The notes under the pieces were generated by a model. The model saw nothing but the letters and a program-made list of their open reading frames with translations, was not told the DNA's origin and did no database searches. This document shows positions 28,388 through 38,861 of a stretch of DNA of 64,000 nt, in pieces. The position numbers and the translations under genes were made by a program. The number at the start of each line of letters is the position of its first letter. Position 1 is the first letter of the stretch. The stretch comes from Alphaproteobacteria bacterium. Its GTDB lineage: Bacteria; Pseudomonadota; Alphaproteobacteria; UBA828; JAPUJA01. The DNA lies in the NCBI GenBank assembly GCA_963694715.1, contig CAVOEB010000003.1, positions 7,673-71,672 of the forward strand, written 5' to 3'.

Positions 28388-29619
28388 ATGCGCGGCGAAG
28401 ACATTGTCATGTTCTGCTGGCCGGACCTTGCGGGGCTCACCCGCGGGCGCTCGTTTCCGGCCTGCTATCTCGAGGAACGGCTGGTCAAGGGGATCGGCTG
28501 GCTGCCGGTCTCCCAGGTGCTGACACCCTTCCACGAACTGGCCGAACCCAATCCCTGGGGCGCGATCGACGATACCCAGCTGATCGGCGATCCCGCGGCC
28601 GCGGTGCACGTCGATCTGTGGGAAGACGTGCCGCCGCTGCGTTTTCTATCTCTCCGACGCGCTGACGCTCGACGGCGAGCCGTGGGAGGGCTGCCTGCGC
28701 CACTTCCTGCAAAGCGGCCTCGACGAACTCAAGAGCGAGACCGGCCTCGAGGTCAAGGCGGCGTTCGAGCAAGAACTCTACCTCTCGGACGGCGATCTGG
28801 GCCCGGACTTCTCGCTCGAATCGCTGGACCTGGAGGCCAACTTCGGCAGCCTCGCCGTGGCCACACTGCGGGCTGCGGGCTGTGATCCCGAGACCTTCGA
28901 GCTCGAATACGGCGAATCGCAGTACGAAATCACCGTCCGTCCGGCCATGGGCATGGCCGCCGCGGATCGGGGCATGATCGTGCGCGAGGTGGTCCGCGAT
29001 GTCGCGCCGCGCGAGGGCCGGCGGGCGAGCTTTACGCCAATCACGGCGCCCGACGCCGTGGGCAATGGCGTGCATGTTCATTTTAGCCTGATCGACGCGG
29101 CGGGCGAACCTGCGAGCTATGACGAAAGCGGCGAAGGCCATGTCGGCGAGGTCGCCGGCCACTTCGTCGCAGGCGTCCTGCGCCAGCTGCCCGCGATCTG
29201 CGCCATGGCCGCGCCGCTTTCCATATCCTATATGCGCCTCGTGCCCGGCCATTGGAGCGCGGGCTACAACGCGTCCGGCCTGCGCAACCGCGGACGGCGG
29301 CGCGTCGCCCCATCTCGTGCATGGGCTCATCGTGCTTGCCGGCCTGCAGGGCATCCGGGAAAAACTGCCGACGCCGCCGGTGCTGGAACAAATGCCCGCC
29401 GATCTTTCCGATGCGGAGCGCGAGTGGCTCGGCATCCGCCGCCGGCCCGGCTCGCTCGACGAGGCGCTCGAACTGCTGGAGGCGGACGATCTGGCGCGCT
29501 CGTGGTTTTCGCCCAACCTGTTCGGCGCCTACGTCTCCTTGAAACGAACCGAAATACGCATCCTCGAGGGGCTGTCGCCGACGAAAATGTGTGAAAGGTA
29601 TCGCAATGTCTACTGAGTC
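28388..29619 (+). pseudogene. Glutamine-synthetase-family (gamma-glutamyl amine ligase-like) gene with two frameshifts
   Basis: N-terminal GS beta-grasp in frame 2 (DIVMFCWPDLAGLTRG...DLWEDVPPLRF). Catalytic domain in frame 0 (YLSDALTLDGEPWEGCL...HVHFSLIDAAGEP...ISYMRLVPGHWSAGYNA). C-terminal part in frame 1 (NPYLVHGLIVLAGLQGIREKL...RILEGLSPTKMCERYRNVY). The first shift is an extra T in a T-run near 28640. Confidence 0.6.
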
Positions 29620-30757
29620 CCTGATCGACGTTCCGCTGATCGACCATCACTGTCACGGCGTGGCGCCGCACGACCAGCAGTGGGAGGAATTCGAGGACGG
29701 CTTGAGCGAGGCCTTCGCGCCCGCGCCCGAGGGCACGACCCACTGGGACAAGCCGATCGGACTGTCGATCCGCGGCCGCTGCGCGCCGGTTCTCGACCTC
29801 GAAAAATTCTGCACGCCCGAGGCCTATATGGAACGCCGTCTCGATCTCGGCGCCGACGAGGTCAACCGGCGCTTCATGCGCGCAAGCGGGCTCGAGGCGG
29901 TGCTGATCGATTCGGGCAACAACCCCGAGCGCCTGCTCGATGTTCCCGGCATGGCCGAGGTCTCCGATTGCGCGGCGCACGAGGTGGTCCGGCTCGAATC
30001 GATAGCCGAGGCGGTCGCCTCGAAGGGTTCCAGCGCTGCAGGCTTCGCCGATGACTTCGATGCGGCGCTGCGCCTGGCCGCGACCAACGCGGTCGGGCTC
30101 AAGTCGATCCTGGCCTACCGCGCGACCCTGGTGGTCGAGTTGACCCCGCCGAGCGGGGCCGAAGTAGCCGCCGCCGCCGGGCGCTGGCTCGCCGAGGTCG
30201 AAAAGACCGGTACCGCTCGGATCACCGATCCAGTGCTCGAGCGCTATCTCGTCTGGACTGGGATCGAGCTTGCGCGCGAGCGGGGCTTTCCGATCCAGTT
30301 CCATATCGGGGTCGGCGATCCCGATATCACGCTCAACCGCTGCGATCCCTCGCACCTAACGCCGTTCTTTATCGCCACCGAGCCGCTCGGCGTGAACTTC
30401 ACCCTGCTCCATTGCTATCCCTTCCATCGCGAGGCGGGGCTGCTTTCGGAGAACTTCCCCCACGTCTATTTCGACGTCGGCTTCGTGCTCAACTGGGTCG
30501 GGCCGTCCTATGCGCGTATCCTGGGCGAAGCGCTCGAGCTCGTGCCGTTCACCAAGCAGCTTTACAGCTCGGACGCCTACGCCCATGCGGAGCTCTACTA
30601 TCTCGGCGCGCTGCGCTTTCGCATGGCGCTGAAGTCCCATCTCGACCGCTGGATCCACGAGGACGAGTGCACGGCCGCCGACGCCGACCGCATCGTCGAG
30701 TTCATCAGCCGCCAGAACAGCCGGCGCATCTATCCGCTGCCCGGCGCGTCGGCGTGA
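29591..30757 (+). CDS. Amidohydrolase-2-family metal-dependent hydrolase
   Basis: 388 aa. LIDHHCHG metal-binding start, TIM-barrel hydrolase pattern. Probable start MSTESL at 29606. Overlaps the 3' end of the GS-like gene. Confidence 0.65.
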   Translation: MKGIAMSTESLIDVPLIDHHCHGVAPHDQQWEEFEDGLSEAFAPAPEGTTHWDKPIGLSIRGRCAPVLDLEKFCTPEAYMERRLDLGADEVNRRFMRASGLEAVLIDSGNNPERLLDVPGMAEVSDCAAHEVVRLESIAEAVASKGSSAAGFADDFDAALRLAATNAVGLKSILAYRATLVVELTPPSGAEVAAAAGRWLAEVEKTGTARITDPVLERYLVWTGIELARERGFPIQFHIGVGDPDITLNRCDPSHLTPFFIATEPLGVNFTLLHCYPFHREAGLLSENFPHVYFDVGFVLNWVGPSYARILGEALELVPFTKQLYSSDAYAHAELYYLGALRFRMALKSHLDRWIHEDECTAADADRIVEFISRQNSRRIYPLPGASA

Positions 30758-30777
30758 ACAGAACGCTTGAGGAAACC

Positions 30778-31581
30778 ATGGCAACCGAACCGCTGCTGGA
30801 TCCTGCCGACCCGCCGCCCTTTACCTGGCTCAACCAGGGGGCGGGCGGCGACGTCCTGCTGACCTGCGACCATGCGAGCTACGCGGTGCCCGCCACGCTC
30901 GGCACGCTGGGGTTGCCCATGGACGAGTTGACCCGCCATATCGGCTGGGATATCGGGATCGAAGCCGTGGTTCGCCGGATGGCGGCGATGATGAAGGCAC
31001 CGGCGATCATCGCGGGCTATTCGCGCCTCGTGATCGACCTCAACCGGCACCACGGTTCGGGCCGCCAGCCGGGCTCGATCCCTGAGGTTTCCGACCACAC
31101 CGAGGTGCCCGCCAACAAGGGCGTCTCGGGCACCGACACCGAGGCCCGGGCCAACGCGCTGTTCTGGCCCTACCACAACGAGATCATCGCCAAGCTCGAC
31201 GCCATGCAGGCGGGCGGCGCGGTGCCCGCCTATATCGCCATGCACAGCTTTACCCCGGTCATGGACGGCTTCGAGCGGCCCTGGCATATCGGTATCTGCT
31301 GGGAGCATGACGGGCGTATCCCCGTGCCGATCATAGCGGCGCTGCGCGAACGCACGGAGCTTTGCGTCGGCGATAATGAGCCCTACGCCATCGAGCTTGA
31401 TTCCGACTACGGCGTGCCGGTGCACGGCGCCGGTCGCGGGCTGCCCCACCTGCTGGTCGAGATCCGCCAGGATCTGATCGCCGACGAGGCGGGTCAGACG
31501 CGCTGGGCGGAGATCATGGTCGAGGTGCTGGGTAAGGTGCTGGCCGACCGCTCTATTTTCGCCATTGAGCATTTCAGCTGA
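30778..31581 (+). CDS. N-formylglutamate amidohydrolase (FGase/HutG-like) family hydrolase
   Basis: 267 aa from MATEPLL. LLTCDHASYAVP...IAMHSFTP zinc-hydrolase pattern typical of the FGase family. Confidence 0.7.
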   Translation: MATEPLLDPADPPPFTWLNQGAGGDVLLTCDHASYAVPATLGTLGLPMDELTRHIGWDIGIEAVVRRMAAMMKAPAIIAGYSRLVIDLNRHHGSGRQPGSIPEVSDHTEVPANKGVSGTDTEARANALFWPYHNEIIAKLDAMQAGGAVPAYIAMHSFTPVMDGFERPWHIGICWEHDGRIPVPIIAALRERTELCVGDNEPYAIELDSDYGVPVHGAGRGLPHLLVEIRQDLIADEAGQTRWAEIMVEVLGKVLADRSIFAIEHFS

Positions 31582-31621
31582 GGCGCAGACCTCCCCGCTT
31601 AGCGGCGCGCGGGACCGGGCC

Positions 31622-32020
31622 ATGAAACGACACCATCGGATTTGCGCTCTCCTCGGAGCTCTCATGCTCGGCGAGGGCTTGCTGTGGGGCGCGCCGGCAG
31701 GTGCAAGCGCCAGGGATATTCTGCCCGAGGCGCTAGAGGCCCGCCTTGCGGGCGCGGCGGATGCTAGCACCCTTTCGCTTCGCGCGAGCGTCGCCGAGGC
31801 GGTTGCCGAGCGGCCCGGTCTTGCCGCCGCCATCCTCGCGCGCGCCTCGGCTTTGGCGCCGCAGGACAGGGCAGCACTGTATCAAATCGTAAGCTCGGCT
31901 TATCCGGGTCGGGCGCTAGCGCCCGCGCCTGTGCAAATCGCTCAAGCTGCAGACCCGAACCCGCTGCTGCCAACGCCGGCGGCGCAGGTCGAGGCAGTCG
32001 GTCCGTCCCGCTCCGCTTGA
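31622..32020 (+). CDS. Hypothetical Ala-rich secreted protein (signal peptide)
   Basis: MKRHHRICALLGALMLGEGLLWGAPAGASA signal-like N-terminus. It may actually be the N-terminal part of the downstream PAP2 gene, separated by a frame change. Confidence 0.35.
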   Translation: MKRHHRICALLGALMLGEGLLWGAPAGASARDILPEALEARLAGAADASTLSLRASVAEAVAERPGLAAAILARASALAPQDRAALYQIVSSAYPGRALAPAPVQIAQAADPNPLLPTPAAQVEAVGPSRSA

Positions 32021-32117
32021 GAACGGCGATTACTGGTGGGGCTATATCCGCAATCCCATCCGGATCGCTGTCGCGCCCCATTACTGGACCGGGCAGTAGT
32101 GGCTGCGCAACGCGCTT

Positions 32118-32747
32118 GTGCTGGGCGCGGTGGGCGCCGTCGTCGCGTTCGATGATTCGATCCAGGATTTTACTCAAGGCAACCGGAGCGATACGCTCGA
32201 CAAACTAGCCGACCTGGGCGAACCGTTCGGCAGTGGCTCGGTCTCGCTCGGGCTGATCGGCGGCGACTTTGCCGCCGGGCTGGTCACCGACGACGTCAAG
32301 CTCCAGGAAACCGCGCTGCTGGGTTTTCAGGGTTTCGTGCTGACCTCCGCGCTGATCCTTGGGCTGAAGCTCGCAACCTACCGCGCGTGGCCGCGCAGCG
32401 GTGAGGACTTCAAGAGCTTCGACGGCCCCGGCACCGAGCGCGACAACCGCTCGGTTCCCTCGGGCCACGCGGCACGGGCCTTTACGCTCGCAACGGTGCT
32501 CGCCTCCCAGTACGACGGCGACCTTACGGTCGCGCCCGTGGCCTACGGGCTTGCCACCCTCAGCGCACTCTCGCGGATCAACAACGACGAGCACTGGGCC
32601 TCGGATGTCGCGTTCGGCGCGGTGTTGGGTTGCGGCATCGGCAAGCTGGCCGCACTCACGAGCCCGTTCGACAGCGCATCGAACGTAGCCCTTCGCCCGG
32701 GCACGCGCCGGGGCGATCCGGGCCTTACGGTCGTCTTCAGCTTTTAG
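32118..32747 (+). CDS. PAP2-family acid phosphatase domain protein (possibly N-terminally disrupted)
   Basis: PSGHAARAF and SRINNDEHWASDV PAP2 motifs. The upstream in-frame sequence ...APHYWTGQ*WLRNALVLGAVG carries a TAG at 32098-32100, so the true gene may be longer and interrupted. Confidence 0.55.
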   Translation: MLGAVGAVVAFDDSIQDFTQGNRSDTLDKLADLGEPFGSGSVSLGLIGGDFAAGLVTDDVKLQETALLGFQGFVLTSALILGLKLATYRAWPRSGEDFKSFDGPGTERDNRSVPSGHAARAFTLATVLASQYDGDLTVAPVAYGLATLSALSRINNDEHWASDVAFGAVLGCGIGKLAALTSPFDSASNVALRPGTRRGDPGLTVVFSF

Positions 32748-32757
32748 AGAAGGTGAT

Positions 32758-33612
<855 letters not shown>

Positions 33613-33698
33613 GATCGCCTCCGTTTTCTGGGATCGTGAGGATCGGCCGAATTGGCTTCTAGCGCAACCAGGGGGGGGAATCGCGTAAAAGCGCGCTT

Positions 33699-34612
33699 GT
33701 GAGTGCTCACCTTCTCGTCGCCATCAGCTCCCACGGCTACGGCCATGCGGCCCAGGTCGCGCCCGTGGTCGCGCGCCTCGTCGCCGAGCATCCCCATCTC
33801 GTAGTTTCTCTCACCTCGGCCCTGCCCGACGACAGCGCGGCCGCCTACGCGGCGCTCCACGAGCGCTGGGAATATCACCTCGCCCGCACCGGGTGCCGCC
33901 TAGGCGAGCTGGCGCCCGGCCTGGTGTTGGCCGGCGTGCCCTACCTGCCGCTGGCGGCTGCGGCAAAGGTCGGGGTTGCGGGCCTGGCGCTTTCCTCGCT
34001 CAACTGGGCCGCGATATCTACCGCGCCTATTGCGCCGGCGCGCCCGGGGCGGACACGATGCTCGAGCAGATCCTGGCCGCCTACCGCGCGGCGCAAGGCT
34101 TTATGGCCTGCGCGCCGGCGTTGCCCATGCCCGATCTCGACACCACCCCCGTCGGCCCTATCGCCCGGTTGGGCGAGAATCGCCGTGCGGCGCTGAACGA
34201 CGCCCTCGGGCTGGCGGCGAGCGATCGCCTCGTGCTGGTCAATCTGGGCGGCATCGGCCGGGGCTTCGATCCTGAGGCATGGCCGGCGACCGCCGGCGGG
34301 GACTGGATCCTGCCGCGGGGTGCGGGCGCGGGACGGGCCGATGCCCACGGCTTCGACGCGGTCGAGATGCTGGGCTTTTCCTTCATCGACCTGCTCTGCT
34401 CGGCCGACGCCTTCGTGACCAAGCCGGGCTATGGCGGCATCGTCGAAGCAGGGTGCAACGGCGTGCCCGTGCTCTACGTGCCACGCGGCGACTGGCTCGA
34501 AGAGCCGGGCCTGATCGCTTGGCTGAGCGCAGCCGTTCCGGCGGTGGGAATCGGCCGTACGGCGCTCGCCGCTGGCGCCCTCGTCGAGCCGCTGGAGGAG
34601 TTGCTCGCGTAA
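33699..34612 (+). pseudogene. GT-B-like glycosyltransferase-family protein with an apparent 1-nt frameshift
   Basis: The N-terminal MSAHLLVAISSHGYGHAAQVAP (frame 0) continues only in frame 2 (GRDIYRAYCAGAPGADTMLEQILAAYR...GYGGIVEAGCNGVPVLYVP). The junction is at a G-run near 34008 (aactgggccgcg). This could be a sequencing error. Confidence 0.4.
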
Positions 34613-34699
34613 CCCCGGCCCGATCCGCCCGCGCCCACGGGCATCGACGAGGCCGTAAACCTGATCGCGCCCCACCTTGGGATCTAGGGTGTTAACCGG

Positions 34700-34790
34700 T
34701 TCGCTTTAGCAGTAACGCGAACTGGCGTTCAATCGCCATGGAGGCTCACGCCGCATAAGCGGCGGCCCGTGCTCGCGAGTTTGCTAAATC
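34700..34790. repeat. Partial intergenic repeat containing gctcacgccgcataagcggcggccc
   Basis: The 25-bp string is identical to 36291-36315 on the other side of the SRPBCC triplet. Confidence 0.4.
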
Positions 34791-34874
34791 CGAGTGGCTT
34801 CATGGCGTGGGATTTCGCGCAGTACGAACCCAAACCGGTTGCACAGACGCGCAGCCGCGGCGACAATCGGCGCC

Positions 34875-35318
34875 ATGGCCCACTCCATCGACCGCTATCC
34901 CTTCCCTGCGCCCGCTGAGACGGTGTGGCGCTTCTTTGCCACCTATAACGAGCTGCCCCGGATCACCGGCGTCTACGTCACAAGCGTGCTTGAAGCCGGT
35001 GGGCGACGGCGGCGTCTGACCGAGGCGCGCGGCGGCGAGCTGATCGAGCAGCTCCTGCTGTTTGACGAGGCGGAGCGCACCTTCCGCTACCGCATCGTCA
35101 AGCTCATAAACACCGAGATGTCTTATGTCATGGGCACCTATGTGGGCACGCTCCGCATTCTCGACGACGAGTCGGGGGTGAGTTGCGTTTGTGAATTTAG
35201 GGGCGATTACGAGGCGGCAACCGGCCAGGACGAGGCCGCGCGTCGCGAGACGCCCGAATTTTACGAAACTTGCCTCGCCGGCATCCGCCGCGAGCTGGGC
35301 CTGCCCGCCGAAGATTGA
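34875..35318 (+). CDS. SRPBCC (Bet v1 / polyketide-cyclase-like) ligand-binding protein, copy 1
   Basis: About 147 aa from MAHSIDRY. Pattern W..F....LP.I..........GG.RR.T......IEQL...DEA.R...Y.I shared with copies 2 and 3. Confidence 0.6.
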   Translation: MAHSIDRYPFPAPAETVWRFFATYNELPRITGVYVTSVLEAGGRRRRLTEARGGELIEQLLLFDEAERTFRYRIVKLINTEMSYVMGTYVGTLRILDDESGVSCVCEFRGDYEAATGQDEAARRETPEFYETCLAGIRRELGLPAED

Positions 35319-35377
35319 GGCGGCTTGCCCGGCGACCCTGGGCGCTTCATAGTCGCGGCAGCAAGGGGAGACGAACA

Positions 35378-35803
35378 ATGGTCAAATGCACCGAAACTTG
35401 GAAGGTCCCCGTGCCCGCCGACGAGGCCTGGGCGTTGATGGGCGATTTTAATGGGCTCGCGTCGGTCAGCCCCGATGTCGAGAAAAGCGAGCTGGAGCAG
35501 GGTGGCGCGATCCGCCGCCTGACGCTCACGGACGGCGCGCAATTCATCGAGCAATTGGTCTCGTACGACGAGGATGCCCGCCAGGTCGCCTACGCGATCC
35601 TCGAGGGCATCGGCATGGAGCTGCCGTTCGACCGCTATGTAGGCACCTACCGGGTGATCGAAGACGTGCCCGGCCAGTCCTGCATCTTCGAGCTGGTCGG
35701 CGAGTATGACGGCGAGGGCTTTACCGAGGCCGACGTGCTCGACGACATGCACGGCTTTTACGACGGCTGCATGGAAGGGCTGGTCAAGGCCCACAACGGC
35801 TAG
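35378..35803 (+). CDS. SRPBCC ligand-binding protein, copy 2
   Basis: 141 aa from MVKCTETWKV. Same fold signature (GAIRRLTLTDGAQFIEQLVSYDEDARQVAYAI). Confidence 0.6.
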   Translation: MVKCTETWKVPVPADEAWALMGDFNGLASVSPDVEKSELEQGGAIRRLTLTDGAQFIEQLVSYDEDARQVAYAILEGIGMELPFDRYVGTYRVIEDVPGQSCIFELVGEYDGEGFTEADVLDDMHGFYDGCMEGLVKAHNG

Positions 35804-35831
35804 CGCCGGGACGGCGAAGGGGAGAGCACAG

Positions 35832-36263
35832 ATGGCGAAAGCGACCTTGACGCAAAAACTTGACGCCTCGGCCGCCGAGGTTTGGGAACTGATCGGCGGT
35901 TTCGCCGGAATCTGCGCCTGGCACGATCTGGTCGACGCGTGCGATGCGGAAGAAGGCGGCAGCGTGCGCCGGCTGCACAACGCAGGCGGCCAGGGCCAGC
36001 TCGTCGAGCGGCTGCTTAAATTCGACGAAGAGGCGAAGAGCTACAGCTACACCATTATCGGCGCCGTCGATTTCGAGGCGCCGGTGGTGAATTACCTCTC
36101 GGTCCTCACGGTGACCGGCGACGGAGACGGCCGCTGCACCGTCAGCTGGTCCGGCTCGGGCGACCCCGCTCCGGGCAATACCGAGGAGGATTGCATCGCC
36201 GCCTGGAACTTTATTTACGGCACCGGTCTGAAGAACCTCGCCGAGAGATTCGGCGTCGCGTAA
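35832..36263 (+). CDS. SRPBCC ligand-binding protein, copy 3
   Basis: 143 aa from MAKATLTQKL (GSVRRLHNAGGQGQLVERLLKFDEEAKSYSYTI). Confidence 0.6.
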   Translation: MAKATLTQKLDASAAEVWELIGGFAGICAWHDLVDACDAEEGGSVRRLHNAGGQGQLVERLLKFDEEAKSYSYTIIGAVDFEAPVVNYLSVLTVTGDGDGRCTVSWSGSGDPAPGNTEEDCIAAWNFIYGTGLKNLAERFGVA

Positions 36264-36280
36264 TTCTTGTCTCGCTCAAG

Positions 36281-36480
36281 CACCACGCAAGCTCACGCCG
36301 CATAAGCGGCGGCCCCCGCATTTGATTAATCGGCCGCCGACGCGGCCGGCGCGGGCTTAGCGCGCTCAAAACGCCGCGCAGGCTCACGCCGAATTTTGAT
36401 GGGGTCGGCCGCCCTCAGCCAACCCCGGCCCTGCGGCGGCCCGCAGTTGCGAGCTTACGAAATTCCCATATTGACGTGAC
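36281..36480. repeat. Intergenic repeat element (full copy plus extra 5' module)
   Basis: Contains ctcacgccgcataagcggcggccc, cggccgccgacgcggccggcgcgggctt, gcgcaggctcacgccg, the core ggccgccctcagccaaccccggccc (36403-36431) and gcgagcttacgaaattccc. Confidence 0.5.
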
Positions 36481-36500
36481 ATTGAATTTTGCGCCCGTCG

Positions 36501-37238
36501 TCAAGGATAGTCGACCGCCATCAGGTAAAGCCCGTGGGGCGGCGCGGTGGGGCCGGCCCGGGCCCGGTCACACGCAGCGAGCGCGTCGGCCAGATTGCGG
36601 GATGAGGATTTTCCCTCGCCGACGGGCACCAGGCTGCCCGCGATGATGCGTATCTGGTTGTGCAGGAACGAGCGCGCCCGGGCCTCGATGCGGATCTCTT
36701 CGCCCACCCGACTGACGGTGAGTGCGTCGAGGGTCCGGACCGGTGACGCCGCCTGGCATTCCGCGGCGCGAAAGGTCGAAAAATCATGTTCGCCCACGAG
36801 TTCGGCGGCGGCCTCGCCCATGGCCTCGGCATCGAGGGGTACAGCCACCTGCCAGGTGCGTAGCGCCTCCAGCGCCAGCGGGCTGCGCCGGTTGACGATG
36901 CGGTAGCGGTAGTGGCGCAGAATGGCGCTGCGCCGGGCGTCGAAATCGGGTGCTGCAATCTCCGCCTTGAGCACCGAGACCGCGTGGGGGCGCAGATGGG
37001 CATTGAGCGCGTCGCGCACCGTGTTGGGCGCGGGATCGCCTGCCAGGTCGAGATGGGCGCACTGGCCGCGGGCGTGCACGCCCGCGTCGGTCCGCCCGGC
37101 GCCAAACAAGCGAACCGCTTCGCCGCAAAACCCTGTAACCGCGGCCTCGATCACCCCCTGCACCGAGAGCCCGTTGGTCTGGCGCTGCCAGCCGACGAAG
37201 CCCGAGCCGTCATATTCGAGGGTCAGCTTGTAACGCAT
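36501..37238 (-). CDS. truA: tRNA pseudouridine(38-40) synthase
   Basis: Start [28 protein letters not shown] catalytic motif. The track ORF extension to 37487 was rejected. Confidence 0.85.
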   Translation of the reverse strand: MRYKLTLEYDGSGFVGWQRQTNGLSVQGVIEAAVTGFCGEAVRLFGAGRTDAGVHARGQCAHLDLAGDPAPNTVRDALNAHLRPHAVSVLKAEIAAPDFDARRSAILRHYRYRIVNRRSPLALEALRTWQVAVPLDAEAMGEAAAELVGEHDFSTFRAAECQAASPVRTLDALTVSRVGEEIRIEARARSFLHNQIRIIAGSLVPVGEGKSSSRNLADALAACDRARAGPTAPPHGLYLMAVDYP

Positions 37239-38188
37239 CAGCCGTTCTCCAGCCGCGCGCCCGGCGCGATCGCGTAACCGCGCAGGAAGGCGTCTGTGGC
37301 TTGTGCTTTGCGCCCGGCGCGTTGCAGGCGGACGAGGCGCACCGCCTCGCTTCCGTCTGCGCCGCAGGCGATGGTAAGCGCGTCGTCGAGCGCCTCGCCA
37401 GCGGCCGCCCCCGCCCGGCCCGTCGCCGGCTCGGCAGCGAGCAGCCGGAGGCGCTCGCCTTGCTGCGTAAAATTTACGCCGGGCCACGGATTAAGCGCGC
37501 GGACTTGACGCAGGATCGTGACCGCGGGCGCACTCCACTCTATGGCGCCGTCAGATTTTTCGATCTTAGCGGCGTAGCTCGCCCCCTCGGCGGATTGGGG
37601 TTGGGCGATGAGGCTGCCTTCGGCGTGCCCGTCGAGGGCGCGCACGAGCAGGGGACCGGCTGCTCCCGCCAACGCGTCGTGCAGGGCCTGCGCCGTCATG
37701 TCCGGCGCGATGGCCAGCGCTTGCTCGAGCAGGATGGGGCCGGTATCGAGTCCCTCGTCCATCCGCATTATCGTGATCCCCGTTTCCGCGTCGCCCGCGA
37801 GCAGGGCCCGCTGGACCGGCGCAGCACCCCGCCAGCGGGGCAGCAGGGAGGCGTGGGCGTTGATGCAGCCCAATCTCGGCGCGTCGAGTACGGGGAGCGG
37901 GAGGATCAGGCCGTAGGCGACGACCACTGCCGCGTCCGCTTCCAGCGCCGCGAAGGCGGCTTGCTCGGCTTCTTCCCTGAGGCTGGCAGGGCACCGCACC
38001 GCAAGGCCCGCGGCATGCGCTGCCACCTGGACCGGTGAGGCCGCGAGTTTTTGGCCCCGGTTCGCGGGGCGGGGTGGCTGGCAATAGGCCGCGGCGATCT
38101 CGTGCCCGGCGGCAAGCAGCGCCTCGAGCGCGGGCACGGCGAAGGCCGGTGTCCCCATGAACACCAGGCGAAGCCGGCTCATGGTCAC
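37238..38188 (-). CDS. fmt: Methionyl-tRNA formyltransferase
   Basis: 316 aa. [15 protein letters not shown]...[24 protein letters not shown]. Confidence 0.85.
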   Translation of the reverse strand: MTMSRLRLVFMGTPAFAVPALEALLAAGHEIAAAYCQPPRPANRGQKLAASPVQVAAHAAGLAVRCPASLREEAEQAAFAALEADAAVVVAYGLILPLPVLDAPRLGCINAHASLLPRWRGAAPVQRALLAGDAETGITIMRMDEGLDTGPILLEQALAIAPDMTAQALHDALAGAAGPLLVRALDGHAEGSLIAQPQSAEGASYAAKIEKSDGAIEWSAPAVTILRQVRALNPWPGVNFTQQGERLRLLAAEPATGRAGAAAGEALDDALTIACGADGSEAVRLVRLQRAGRKAQATDAFLRGYAIAPGARLENG

Positions 38189-38712
38189 ACGCGGGCCGAA
38201 GCCCGGACTTTCTGCTGCTTGACGAGCTTACGGATGATCATCTCGCGCTTGATGCGCGAGAGGTGGTCGACGAACAGGATGCCCTCGAGGTGGTCCATCT
38301 CGTGCTGTACGCAGGTCGCCGTCATGCGCTCGGCGTCGAGCTCGCGCAGCTCGCCATTCTCGTCGACATAGCGCACCCGCACCTGGGCGGGGCGGGCTAC
38401 ATCGGCAAGCTGGTCGGGAAGCGACAGGCAGCCCTCCTCGGTCACCGCCTCGTCGTTCGAGGACCAGATGATTTCCGGATTGACCATGCGCAAGGGAATC
38501 GGATCCTCGCCCTCGCTCTCGAACACGTTGGTGACGAGAATGCGCTTGGGCGTGCCGACCTGAATCGCGGCCAGCCCGATGCCGTCGCTCGCGATCATGG
38601 TCTCGAACATATCGTCCATCAGGGCACGCAATTCGTCCGTCACCGACTCGACGGACGTCGAGACCTCTTTGAGGAATGGATCGGGTGCTATGACCAGCGG
38701 CAGTAGGGCCAT
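38185..38712 (-). CDS. def: Peptide deformylase
   Basis: 175 aa. GIGLAAIQVG, EGCLSLP, HEMDHL metal-binding motifs. def-fmt-truA operon. Confidence 0.9.
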   Translation of the reverse strand: MALLPLVIAPDPFLKEVSTSVESVTDELRALMDDMFETMIASDGIGLAAIQVGTPKRILVTNVFESEGEDPIPLRMVNPEIIWSSNDEAVTEEGCLSLPDQLADVARPAQVRVRYVDENGELRELDAERMTATCVQHEMDHLEGILFVDHLSRIKREMIIRKLVKQQKVRASARV

Positions 38713-38861
38713 TGGGAACTCCGGGGCAGCGGCGCAAAATCGCGCAGAGAACAGGTATTACGCGGCCTTGCGCGCGTCAAGGTCGGGCGCGCAAAGCTTG
38801 GATTGCCAGCCGGGCGGGGCGGCGTTTTGACAGGGACGGGGGCTGCGGTGTCATATGGCGC

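Noticed and set aside
36501-37487. Long N-terminal extensions of truA, pheA (to 47617), the IMPase-family gene (to 27540), cycM (from 47682), the aminotransferase (to 13265) and the FGase gene (from 30412)
   Set aside because: Family-typical N-termini and start codons lie well inside these ORFs. The upstream codons are low-complexity and overlap neighbouring genes.
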